Below are positions 9,848-18,915 of a stretch of 41,230 nt of DNA, piece by piece; the first letter of the stretch is position 1, and each line of letters starts with the position of its first letter. A program made the translations under genes and the position numbers. Source of the stretch: Synechococcus sp. (lineage in GTDB: Bacteria > Cyanobacteriota > Cyanobacteriia > Thermostichales > PCC-7336). The stretch is taken from assembly GCA_051439425.1 (NCBI GenBank), contig JBFRWD010000163.1:1-41230 (forward strand). Direction: 5' to 3'. The notes under the pieces are model-generated. The model had not been told where the DNA came from. It saw nothing but the letters and a program-made list of their open reading frames with translations, and made no database searches.

Positions 9848-10951
9848 ATGCTTACGATAAAAGACCTCACTCAAGCCGTCGGCCACGGCACCACCCCCCG
9901 CATGGTGCGGCACTACCACCAGATTGGGTTGTTGCCTCAACCCAGGCGTTCTGAGGGCAACTACCGCCTCTATACAGAAGTCGATGTGCAACGGCTAAAG
10001 GGGATTGTGGCGTTGAAACAACAGGGATTTCAATTGGCCCACATTAAGCAGATGCTGGACGCTCGGTCAGCAGCACCATCTGAGACGCTGGTTGGGCAAC
10101 TGCAGCAGCACTACCAGGTCGTCCTACAGCGCTTGACTCGGTTGCGCCAGACGGCCATTGCCCTGGAGGGGGTGATTGGGCGGGACCAGTCTTGCCAGTC
10201 GGTGCAGGCGGAGGCTCTGGCCCATTTACGACTATTGGACGTGGATGCGCAAACGGCCCAAACCCTGGCGGATGAACTCTGGCAACAACTGGATGAGGCG
10301 GCCGCTCATCATCCCGAAAATTTTCAGGAGTCTCTGCAACAGTTGTTACCCGATCTCTCTCGGCGTCCTGAAATTGAAGCCGATGTGTTGTCTCACCTGG
10401 TTTTGACCTGTGGTGATGTGGCTTTGGCTGCCTTTGTTCGGTTTAGCTCAGACGCGATCAAAGCAGCCCGCGAGTCTTTATCTACTGGTTGCAAGGTGAT
10501 TGGGGATATTCCTGCTGTGGTAACCAGTCTGGATCGGGTGCGTCTCGACCATCTGGGGTGCGACTGGCATACACTGATGGACGATCCCCATGTGATTAGT
10601 GCTGCCGATGCAGAGCAGGCTTTCTGGCAAGACACCAACTGGAAGAGACAACTGCAAGATTTGGGAGACGATAACATCTGGGTTGTCGGCTATGCCCCTT
10701 CGGTACTGATAGAACTTTGCAAGGCTATTGAAGCGCAGCAGTTGAAGCCAGCCCTGGTGATTGGTCTACCTATTGGATTTAGCCATGCCCCTGCTGCGAA
10801 GCGACAATTGATGCAGCTTAAGGTGCCCTACATCACCACTGAAGGAGCGGTTGGCGGTGGGTTAATGGCAGCTGTGGCGTTGAATCGGCTGGCGGCTTCC
10901 TTAATAGAGAAGCCTGACTGTCATTGTTATTTGCAGGAGGTGCGGGCTTGA
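9848..10951 (+). CDS. coaR: MerR-family regulator fused to a precorrin isomerase (CbiC/CobH)-like domain, CoaR-like
   Basis: MerR HTH (RMVRHYHQIGLL..RSEGNYRLY), CbiC-like LVIGLPIGF..A..AK..L and GGG..AA..LN, C-terminal CHC; divergent from the P1B-4 ATPase. Confidence 0.9.
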   Translation: MLTIKDLTQAVGHGTTPRMVRHYHQIGLLPQPRRSEGNYRLYTEVDVQRLKGIVALKQQGFQLAHIKQMLDARSAAPSETLVGQLQQHYQVVLQRLTRLRQTAIALEGVIGRDQSCQSVQAEALAHLRLLDVDAQTAQTLADELWQQLDEAAAHHPENFQESLQQLLPDLSRRPEIEADVLSHLVLTCGDVALAAFVRFSSDAIKAARESLSTGCKVIGDIPAVVTSLDRVRLDHLGCDWHTLMDDPHVISAADAEQAFWQDTNWKRQLQDLGDDNIWVVGYAPSVLIELCKAIEAQQLKPALVIGLPIGFSHAPAAKRQLMQLKVPYITTEGAVGGGLMAAVALNRLAASLIEKPDCHCYLQEVRA

Positions 10952-11101
10952 ATAGCCCGTAGCGGTAATTTTGCTAGTTTCAGTTCATAAGCACGCATGG
11001 ACTAAAATAATTACCTTTTTTATCGATCGTTTCCGGCCATAATCTCGCAAAGCTTCCTACGAAGTGATGATTTCCCAATACTTCATCTTTTTTGTTTGGA
11101 G

Positions 11102-11263
11102 TCAGCTAAATCCTTTCCCTTGGGTAGTTTCCCTCCACACTAGTACCTCCCCTTGGTAACCACTAGCAACAATCGCCCCTCCTGAAGGGTTCCAAGCGAG
11201 GCAAGAGAATCCGGCGGATGCATCTTCAAGGACTTGGGTCAGACGACTAGCTTGTTGATGCCA
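11102..11263 (-). pseudogene. Remnant 3' end of the WD40 gene (direct repeat of 18916-19074)
   Basis: Translates WHQQASRLTQVLEDASAGFSCLAWNPSGGAIVASGYQGEVLVWRETTQGKGFS* versus WHKASRLTQVLEGAAAGFSCLAWNPSGGAIAAGGSRGEVLVWKETTQGKGFG*. Confidence 0.92.
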
Positions 11264-11394
11264 GTCCAGAGAAACTAATACCCCTGCGGATATCGAGCCA
11301 GGCCAACTTTTAAAGCTGGCTCAATTCATTTATTGTGCAAGTGTTACCCATGTTAACTAAGAGTTAAACCGTGCCAATGTCCGCAGTGGTGTGG

Positions 11395-12192
11395 TCACTG
11401 TTTTACATTGCATTGTTGGGCATTGCCCCATGCTTTTGGAGAGGTCCCGTGGTGTTTGCGGAACTGGCGGATGAAGTAACCTGGATCGGTGTAACCACAG
11501 GCTGTGGCGATCTTATTGATAGAGCAATCGGACTGGGATATGAGGTGGCGAGCTTGAGCCATTCGTCGGGTGACGATCCACTGCTTGACAGTTCGGCCAG
11601 TTTGACTTCGGATTAAACTCGTTAAATAGGCAGGGGAATACCCAGCGATATTTGCGACATCTTCAAGCCGAATGGGCTGATGAAAATGTTCCTCGATGAA
11701 TTGAAATACAGGATCGAGGTGTGGGTGATTTGGGAAAATATAGTTCACCCCAGATTTGTCGGGGGCATGACCGGGCTGAGTAGGCGTTAGTGCGGTAGTT
11801 CGATGCGGCTTGTTCAACCTAGAGTACCTGCGTAAACGGGCAGCGATCGCTCCCAAGAACTGCTCGATTGTGCAGGGTTTAACCAGATAATCGTCTGCTC
11901 CTAAATCCATACCGATTCGTAGTTCGGACATAGTTGATTTAGCCGTCAGGAAGATAAAAGGGATATTTTCGGTTGCTTCCGATTGGCGTAACGATGAGAG
12001 TACTTGGTAACCGTCAATATCCGGCATCATGATGTCGCAAACGATTAAGTCCGGAGTATGCTGTTGAGCGAGATGCAATCCGTCAGACCCACAGCTAGCC
12101 CCCAAGGTCTGAAAGCCCTCAAAAGATAAGCAATTCAAAAAAAGCTTTCTCGTTTGGGCTTCGTCGTCAACGATGAGTATTGTTTGAGTCAT
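11395..12192 (-). CDS. Response regulator: receiver + AraC-type HTH
   Basis: ILIVDDE, PDLIVCDIMMP, FLTA, DDYLVKP; C-terminal LEDVA..AGYSPAYL and IATACGYTDPGYFIRQFRK..G.SP. Confidence 0.93.
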   Translation of the reverse strand: MTQTILIVDDEAQTRKLFLNCLSFEGFQTLGASCGSDGLHLAQQHTPDLIVCDIMMPDIDGYQVLSSLRQSEATENIPFIFLTAKSTMSELRIGMDLGADDYLVKPCTIEQFLGAIAARLRRYSRLNKPHRTTALTPTQPGHAPDKSGVNYIFPNHPHLDPVFQFIEEHFHQPIRLEDVANIAGYSPAYLTSLIRSQTGRTVKQWIVTRRMAQARHLISQSDCSINKIATACGYTDPGYFIRQFRKHHGTSPKAWGNAQQCNVKQ

Positions 12193-12382
12193 CTTATGAA
12201 GAGGCTTGTCTGTTAGTCTCTAACATACAAGCTGGCATTTTGTACGACTGATTGTTTACTCAGGCTGAAGAAGTTTCGTACCCGTCTCTGTAGTGAACTC
12301 TCTGAGAGGGATTGAAGTAGTGTAATCAGTTACTGTTTTCCATACACCATCCTGGTTTCGCTAAGGGCTAATTTTGTAGTTA

Positions 12383-13678
12383 TTGACATTGAATACGGCA
12401 ACGGAACAAGGCACGGAAACAACGGAACAAGGCATGGAAACACCAGATGCCCCCAGTGCCTTTGAGATGCAGTTAGGCGATTGGACATTGAATTCCCAAA
12501 CTCCCACCGAAAAACAACTGGAGATTTTGCGGCAGGAGCATCAGCTGATTCTGAATTCAGTGGGAGAAGGGGTATACGGCCTAGACATCAATGGGAACGT
12601 CACCTTTGTCAATCCAGCGGCAGCAGAGATGATTGGATGGGATATGGCCGATTTAATTGGTCAATCCATGCATGCCGTACTACATCACTCTCACAGTGAC
12701 GGTACGCATTACCCTCGCGAAACCTGCCCAATCTATGCGGCATTTAAAGATGGAGCTGTCCGCCGAGTTACAGACGAAGTGTTTTGGCGTAAGGATGGTT
12801 CGTCATTTCCGGTGGAGTACATCAGCACTCCGATGCGAGACGAGCAGGGAGGATTAGTCGGCGCTGTTGTTACCTTTCGCGACATTACCGAACGTAAGTG
12901 GGCAGAAACCGTGCTGCACCAAGCCAATGATGCATTAGAGCTGAAAGTGCAAGCTCGCACGGCTGAACTGTTTCAGGCCAACCAGAAATTACAGGAGTTG
13001 AACGATCGCCGATCGCGGTTTGTCTCTATGGTTTGTCACGAATTCCGCAATCCGTTAAACAACATTGCATTATCGGTTTCATCCCTACAACGATACGAGA
13101 AACAGCTCGCCACAGCCCAGAAACAGGATTATCTAGAGTCAATCGCCGTAAACATTAATCGTATGTCATCAATGCTCGATGACATTTTGACGATTGGCCG
13201 AATTGAAGTGAAAGGATTGAGTCCTACCCCTCAACCGATCGATCTCGTATCCTACTGCCAAGAACTCCTTGTAGAGTTACGCGAAACGACCCATCGCACG
13301 TTTCAGTTCAACTGTCGCCATTCCAAGCTGATGGTGGCTCTGGATAACCAGCTATTGCGCTCGATTTTGATCAACCTCTTAGATAACGCCATTTCTTACT
13401 CTCCCGAGCGTAGTGAAATTCAGCTCAAGCTATCGCGGCGCAAGCAGATCGTCACGCTTCAGGTCACCGATCGTGGTTTAGGGATTCCCGATGCCGAAAA
13501 GCCTCTGTTGTTCGAACCATTTCATCGGGGTCGCAATGTCAGCAATATTCCGGGGACGGGATTGGGACTGAGTATCGTCAAGCAATTTGTGGAATTGCTG
13601 AAAGGAACAATCGCCGTAAACAGCACGCTTGGAGTCGGTACTACATTTGTTGTGCGCATACCTCTGTCTGACTCTTGA
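12383..13678 (+). CDS. Soluble PAS-domain sensor histidine kinase (start uncertain: TTG 12383 or ATG 12434/12467)
   Basis: PAS (GEGVYGLD..G..TFVNPAA...RDITERK), H-box HEFRNPL, N-box NLLDNA, D.G.GI, FEPF.RG, GTGLGL; no transmembrane segment. Confidence 0.93.
   Translation: MTLNTATEQGTETTEQGMETPDAPSAFEMQLGDWTLNSQTPTEKQLEILRQEHQLILNSVGEGVYGLDINGNVTFVNPAAAEMIGWDMADLIGQSMHAVLHHSHSDGTHYPRETCPIYAAFKDGAVRRVTDEVFWRKDGSSFPVEYISTPMRDEQGGLVGAVVTFRDITERKWAETVLHQANDALELKVQARTAELFQANQKLQELNDRRSRFVSMVCHEFRNPLNNIALSVSSLQRYEKQLATAQKQDYLESIAVNINRMSSMLDDILTIGRIEVKGLSPTPQPIDLVSYCQELLVELRETTHRTFQFNCRHSKLMVALDNQLLRSILINLLDNAISYSPERSEIQLKLSRRKQIVTLQVTDRGLGIPDAEKPLLFEPFHRGRNVSNIPGTGLGLSIVKQFVELLKGTIAVNSTLGVGTTFVVRIPLSDS
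12399..12440 (+). repeat. 21-bp tandem duplication at the 5' end of the kinase gene
   Basis: CAACGGAACAAGGCACGGAAA / CAACGGAACAAGGCATGGAAA. Confidence 0.9.
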
Positions 13679-13737
13679 GCTTTTGCCCAAGGGCTCTCAG
13701 ACTGGAGGTAGCATTGCAGAGCACTTCACCGTAGCAG

Positions 13738-13779
13738 TTCGAAAAAAAGTCCTACTTTTTCGAAAAAACATCCAATTAC
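13738..13779 (+). promoter_or_regulatory. Candidate AraC-type tandem operator upstream of cynA
   Basis: Direct repeat with 21 bp period: TTCGAAAAAAAGTCCTACTTT / TTCGAAAAAACATCCAATTAC. Confidence 0.5.
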
Positions 13780-14168
13780 TTGGTGTGTAATGCCTGGTAA
13801 TTTAGCAAGCATTACATCTCGGCAATATCTTCTTTCTGCCTGTGACTGTTTACTTGTCAGAAAGGTAGCTATTTACTTCTGGGCACGCTGAGACTTCTAC
13901 TGCTGATGTAAGAGCAACTAAGGCATTATTTTTTTTTCGACGGCGAATACTTTAAAGTATAGAAATAGCCTGAGCTTTACAAATAAAATCAGAACATTTT
14001 CTCCTGATTGCTTCAGTCAGGGTAGCTAACGTTTACATTACTCTTGAGATGTAAATAATTGTATTTTCCTTTGATTGTAGATTTCTTGAAATCGTATCTT
14101 TGGCGACAAAAATGTTTTTCAATCTCGCATCTAATAGCATTTAGACTGAAAAGAAGGCTTCCGAAACT

Positions 14169-15809
14169 ATGCTATTGAGAAGATCGGGTAGTTCGCTCAA
14201 AGGTAATGATGCATCGGCGTATAGTGTCGAAAGGGTCCAGTCTTTCGAACAGGCATGCATTATTTGCGGCGGCGCCCACTTGTCTCAAGACCACTGGGAG
14301 TTTATGCAGTCGATGCCTGCAGATCCCGTCGATATGGTTGACGATCTTGCCAAGATGGGAGTGTACAAGTCGGAGGCATTTAATGTTGCTGATGCCATCA
14401 GTCAGGCTGAAGTCAGGAAGCAGCTCTTCTTGGCAATGGCATCGAAAGGCGATCCGAAACGGGAAAAGCTGATTTTAGATTTGGCTCGTCTTGCCGGTGG
14501 GTTAGACCAAGCTTTTGCGGCGGCCTTTGGTCCTCAAGCCGGTAATTTCTTCGGAGATGCTCGGCGGACGAGTGATTTTACTCGGCGACAATTTATTAAA
14601 AGCATTGCGGCTGGAGCAGCGATGCTTGCCCTTGCAAACTGCGGTTCGTCTCCCGATCAATCTCAAACTCCCGATCCAGAGCCAGAAGCCTCTGCTCCTG
14701 TCAACTTAGAGAGGACAGACCTCAAGATTGGGTTTATTCCGATCACCTGCGCATCACCGATCATCATGTCGGAGCCACTGGGGTTCTATCAAAAGCATGG
14801 CTTGAATGCTGAAGTTGTGAAAATGCCCAGTTGGGGGGCGGTACGGGATTCGGCGATCGCTGGAGAATTAGATGCATATCACATGCTCGCCCCGATGCCG
14901 ATCGCGATGACACTGGGGTTGGGTTCTAGTCCGTTTGGCGTCAAGCTAGCCAGTATCGAGAATACCAACGGTCAGGCAATTACCATTGCCAATCGCCACA
15001 AAGGTAACGTTAATGGCCCCGAAGACTTCAAGGGATTTGTACTGGGTGTGCCCTTCCCCTACTCGATGCACAACCTACTGTTGCGCTACTACTTGGCAAC
15101 TGGTGGAATCGATCCAGATCGAGATGTGACGATTCGGCCTGTACCGCCGCCCGACAGCATTGCCCAATTGGTTGCGGGTGACATTGATGGATACTTAATG
15201 CCCGATCCGTTTAACCAGCGGGCAGTGTTTGAAGAAGTGGGCTTTATCCATAAAATCACCAAAGAGTTCTGGCCCGGCCATCCCTGTTGCGCATTTGCGG
15301 CCAGCGATGAGTGGATTACGGCGAACCCCAATACCTTCCGCGCCCTGAATAAATCCATCATTGAGGCTGCAGGATATGCAAGCCAGTCGGAAAATCGAGT
15401 GGAAGTGGCCCAGGCAATTTCCGGACGAGCGTTTCTGAACCAGCCACCGGAAGTGGTTGAAGCCGTCTTGACAGGCAAGTTTGATGATGGGAATGGCAAC
15501 ATACGCGAAGTTCCCGACCGGATCAACTTCGACCCTTACCCGTGGCAGAGCTTTGCCAATTGGATTTCATCGCAATTGGTGCGCTGGGATTTACAGGGGG
15601 ATGGTAAAGCTGCAGTGGAAATTGAAGGCAATTACAACGAAGTTGGTACGGATATCTTCCTCACCGACCTAGCCCGAGAACTCGCTACAGAGCTGGGACA
15701 AGCTCCCCCTGATGAAATTTACAGAATTGAGCAGCTGGCTTACGACGAGTTCGATCCAGAAAATCCAAGTGAATATATCCAAGCTCAGATCGATAAATAC
15801 GGTTTGTAG
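14169..15809 (+). CDS. cynA: Cyanate ABC transporter substrate-binding protein (NrtA/CmpA family) with long N-terminal extension
   Basis: LKIGFIPITCASP, W..VRD, HML.PMP, ENTNGQAI, YSMHNLLLRYYLA, GHPCC; in operon with cynS. Confidence 0.88.
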   Translation: MLLRRSGSSLKGNDASAYSVERVQSFEQACIICGGAHLSQDHWEFMQSMPADPVDMVDDLAKMGVYKSEAFNVADAISQAEVRKQLFLAMASKGDPKREKLILDLARLAGGLDQAFAAAFGPQAGNFFGDARRTSDFTRRQFIKSIAAGAAMLALANCGSSPDQSQTPDPEPEASAPVNLERTDLKIGFIPITCASPIIMSEPLGFYQKHGLNAEVVKMPSWGAVRDSAIAGELDAYHMLAPMPIAMTLGLGSSPFGVKLASIENTNGQAITIANRHKGNVNGPEDFKGFVLGVPFPYSMHNLLLRYYLATGGIDPDRDVTIRPVPPPDSIAQLVAGDIDGYLMPDPFNQRAVFEEVGFIHKITKEFWPGHPCCAFAASDEWITANPNTFRALNKSIIEAAGYASQSENRVEVAQAISGRAFLNQPPEVVEAVLTGKFDDGNGNIREVPDRINFDPYPWQSFANWISSQLVRWDLQGDGKAAVEIEGNYNEVGTDIFLTDLARELATELGQAPPDEIYRIEQLAYDEFDPENPSEYIQAQIDKYGL

Positions 15810-15841
15810 CCCTCAGCTGATTAAGGTCCTAGGTTTCAAGA

Positions 15842-16666
15842 ATGACAACGAGTCAAGAGATTTCGTCACAAATGCCAGCTCAAAAGAAAGTTGAGCTGGG
15901 TGAAAATACCAAAGCATCGCTAATTTTCCTTCTGTCTCTGGGGCTGCTGCTCCTGTTCTGGGAACTCAGCACGAAATGGTCGGATGGCAGAGGCATGCCA
16001 CCTGCTTCTTTGACCCTAAAAGAGCTGTGGTGGTGGCTAACTCACCCCTTTTTCGACAATGGTCCCAATGATTTGGGCATTGGTTGGAACTTGTTGATTA
16101 GCCTGCGCCGTGTTGCTATTGGGTATATCGCTGCATCGGCGATTGCCGTTCCGATCGGGGTGTTAATCGGAATCTCACCGATTGCATCTAAAGCCTTCAA
16201 TCCCTATATCCAGTTGCTGAAACCGGTGTCCCCTCTGGCATGGTTGCCGTTAGGGCTCTACATCTTTAGGGATTCAGAGAAGACCGGTGTCTTCATTATC
16301 CTAATCAGCAGTATCTGGCCGACTCTCGTGAATACGGCCTTTGGTGTTGCGAATGTAAGCCAGGAATATCTAGATGTTGCAAAGACCCTGGGGGCTTCAC
16401 GATTACGCACCATTCTTAAGGTGATTGTGCCTGCCGCATTGCCCAATATTATGTCTGGCCTGCGCATCAGTATGGGAATCTCCTGGCTGGTGATTGTGGC
16501 AGCAGAAATGCTGTTGGGAACAGGATTGGGTTACTTCATCTGGAATGAATGGAATAACCTGTATCTTCCCAATATTTTGGTGGCAATTTTCGTGATTGGT
16601 TTAGTGGGTCTTATTCTCGATCAGATCTTTGCTTTGCTCGAAAACTTAGTCTCATTTGGGCGGTAA
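15842..16666 (+). CDS. cynB: Cyanate ABC transporter permease (NrtB family)
   Basis: GPNDLGIGW...SLRRV..G, LKPVSPLAWLP, GLRISMG..WLVIVAAEML. Confidence 0.9.
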   Translation: MTTSQEISSQMPAQKKVELGENTKASLIFLLSLGLLLLFWELSTKWSDGRGMPPASLTLKELWWWLTHPFFDNGPNDLGIGWNLLISLRRVAIGYIAASAIAVPIGVLIGISPIASKAFNPYIQLLKPVSPLAWLPLGLYIFRDSEKTGVFIILISSIWPTLVNTAFGVANVSQEYLDVAKTLGASRLRTILKVIVPAALPNIMSGLRISMGISWLVIVAAEMLLGTGLGYFIWNEWNNLYLPNILVAIFVIGLVGLILDQIFALLENLVSFGR

Positions 16667-16671
16667 CAATC

Positions 16672-17565
16672 ATGAATACTGCTGTTGGCGCTTCTCCCTC
16701 GAACATGGTTATGGATACGTCTCCCAATGCTCATTTGAGCTTGCGCCATGTCTCGAAAGTTTTTCCGGGTAAACGCGGGTTTGGGCTGTGGCCCTCGCGC
16801 AAGAAATCCCCTGACTTTGTGGCGATTGACGACATTAGTCTGGATATCGAGCCGAATACATTTGTCACCATTATTGGCCCTTCTGGTTGCGGTAAATCGA
16901 CCCTGCTCAACATCGTTAGTGGCTTGAGCCAAGCGTCTTCAGGCAGTGTCCACATGGATGGGCAGCCTATTACCGGCCCTGGCCCCGATCGCGGCATGGT
17001 GTTTCAGAGCTATGCCCTGATGCCCTGGATGACTGTGGCGGAAAACATCGATTTTGCTGTTGCCACGGTGTATCCCAAGTTGACGGCGGCAGAGCGTCTC
17101 AGGGTGGTGCACGACAACATCCATTTGGTGGGGTTGACGGGGGCTGAGAAGAAGCACCCTCATGAACTGTCTGGGGGGATGCGTCAGCGGGTCGGCATTG
17201 CTCGTGCGCTAGCGATCAATCCAAAGGTACTGCTGATGGATGAGCCGTTCGGTGCGCTGGATGCCCTGACCCGTGGATATCTCCAAGATGAGATTGAGCG
17301 GATTTGGGAGCAACATCGCAAGACGGTCATCATGATTACCCACAGCATTGATGAGGCTCTGTTGCTGTCCGATCGGATTGTGATGATGAGTCGCGGTCCG
17401 GCGGCCACAATTGCTCGTGTGCTGGATGTTCCCTTTCCCCGACCACGCGATCGCTCAGCAGTTGAACACCATCCCGACTATCTGCCCCTCAGAACCGAGA
17501 TGGAAGAGCATCTGTACCGCGAAACCCGCGTTGTCGAACAGGCTCGCGTGCGAGCAAAAAGTTAG
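16672..17565 (+). CDS. cynD: Cyanate ABC transporter ATPase (NrtD family)
   Basis: GPSGCGKST, LSGGMRQR, LLMDEPFGALD, ITH. Confidence 0.9.
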   Translation: MNTAVGASPSNMVMDTSPNAHLSLRHVSKVFPGKRGFGLWPSRKKSPDFVAIDDISLDIEPNTFVTIIGPSGCGKSTLLNIVSGLSQASSGSVHMDGQPITGPGPDRGMVFQSYALMPWMTVAENIDFAVATVYPKLTAAERLRVVHDNIHLVGLTGAEKKHPHELSGGMRQRVGIARALAINPKVLLMDEPFGALDALTRGYLQDEIERIWEQHRKTVIMITHSIDEALLLSDRIVMMSRGPAATIARVLDVPFPRPRDRSAVEHHPDYLPLRTEMEEHLYRETRVVEQARVRAKS

Positions 17566-17695
17566 TGCTAGCGATCGATCGCGTCCCTGCAACATGCCGA
17601 GCTTTGACATAGTCGCTTGGCATTGCCCATCTGTCCGAACCTAAGCTCGGGCCGAACCCAAGTTTGAATCGATTTACGAAAGGAGTGATTAACTC

Positions 17696-18139
17696 ATGGC
17701 TATCGCAGAAATTACCGAGAAGCTACTTGCTGCTAAAAAAGCGAAAGGACTGACCTTTGAAGATTTAGAGAAAGTGTTGGGATGTGACGAAACTTGGATT
17801 GCTTCGGTGATTTACCGGCAAGCCAGTGCATCTCCAGAGGAAGCTAGTAAGTTAGTTGCAGCGCTGGGTTTACCGGAAGAGATGGGTGAAATCCTGACCG
17901 TTCCTCCCTTGAAGGGTGGTCTAGATCCCGTCATTCCCACCGATCCGCTGATCTATCGCTTTTATGAGGTGATGCAGGTTTACGGTATGCCCATGAAGGA
18001 TGTGATTCACGAGAAATTCGGGGATGGCATCATGAGTGCGATCGACTTCACCATTGAGGTGAATAAAGTGGAAGATCCAAAAGGCGATCGCGTTCAAGTG
18101 GTAATGTGTGGAAAATTCCTACCTTATAAGAAGTGGTAG
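17696..18139 (+). CDS. cynS: Cyanase (cyanate hydratase)
   Basis: [39 protein letters not shown]. Confidence 0.97.
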   Translation: MAIAEITEKLLAAKKAKGLTFEDLEKVLGCDETWIASVIYRQASASPEEASKLVAALGLPEEMGEILTVPPLKGGLDPVIPTDPLIYRFYEVMQVYGMPMKDVIHEKFGDGIMSAIDFTIEVNKVEDPKGDRVQVVMCGKFLPYKKW

Positions 18140-18164
18140 GACTGTTGAACGTTCCTGATTTTTG

Positions 18165-18192
18165 GGAGGCCGAGTATACGTACTTGGCCTCC
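18165..18192 (+). terminator. Stem-loop after cynS
   Basis: GGAGGCCGAGTA-TACG-TACTTGGCCTCC; weak U tail. Confidence 0.65.
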
Positions 18193-18340
18193 TTCAGTTC
18201 AATAATGGTGCTTTAAAATTAGAACCTTTTATTGATTATTCGCGGCAAAAGTTAACCTATTTTGCAAGCAGGATTTTTATCGGGTATGAGATAGAACTAA
18301 GTATTCGATTCACCGAAGACCGTTAGTTTTCTCTTTTGCT

Positions 18341-18814
18341 ATGACGACTGAATCAAAACCTCCATTTCCCCCCTTTGATACTGCAGCTGCGGCTAAAAAA
18401 GTTAGGCTGGCTGAGGATGCATGGAATAGCCGAGATCCTGAGAAGGTTGCCCTCGCCTATACAGTCGATAGTGTGTGGCGAAATCGGGCTGAATTTATTC
18501 ATGGTCGCCAACAAATTGTAGAGTTTCTAACTCGAAAATGGAGTAAAGAGCTTGACTATCGATTAATCAAAGAGCTGTGGTTGGCAGATGGTAACCGAAT
18601 CGCTGTTCGCTTTGCTTACGAATGGCACGACGATGCCGGTTTTTGGTTCCGGGCATACGGGAATGAGAATTGGGAATTTGATGAATTTGGGCTAATGAAG
18701 CGCCGAATTGCCAGTATTAATGATGTCCCAATCGCAGAAAGCGATCGGAAATATCACTGGCCGCTGGGTCGACGACCTGACGATCATCCAGGATTGTCAG
18801 ATTTAGGGTTTTAG
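18341..18814 (+). CDS. DUF1348 (NTF2/SnoaL-like) protein
   Basis: PPFPPF...[41 protein letters not shown]. Confidence 0.9.
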   Translation: MTTESKPPFPPFDTAAAAKKVRLAEDAWNSRDPEKVALAYTVDSVWRNRAEFIHGRQQIVEFLTRKWSKELDYRLIKELWLADGNRIAVRFAYEWHDDAGFWFRAYGNENWEFDEFGLMKRRIASINDVPIAESDRKYHWPLGRRPDDHPGLSDLGF

Positions 18815-18915
18815 CCAATCAAACATAAGACTATGAATGATCCGAGGTAAAACTGTTGGCCCCCCTGCAATCGATCTGCCGATCTAGGGAAAGAGAATCG
18901 AGTCCGGATTCCTTC

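Noticed and set aside
9782..9991. N-terminal 70 aa of the track ORF 8495-9991
   Set aside because: Overlaps coaR and its operator; the real start is probably ATG 9781, downstream of the MerR promoter.
12399..12440. 21-bp tandem repeat as an RR operator
   Set aside because: In frame with the kinase N-terminus (TEQGTET/TEQGMET); more simply a local duplication.
14094..14107. GTA-N8-GAC as an NtcA box upstream of cynA (also GTA-N6-TAC and GTA-N9-TAC variants nearby)
   Set aside because: Non-consensus or wrong spacing, and no TAN3T at the expected ~22 nt; cannot be fully excluded.
14169..17565. Annotation as nitrate (nrt) or bicarbonate (cmp) transporter
   Set aside because: No NrtC/CmpC-type fused subunit, and it is directly followed by cyanase; nitrite transport remains possible.
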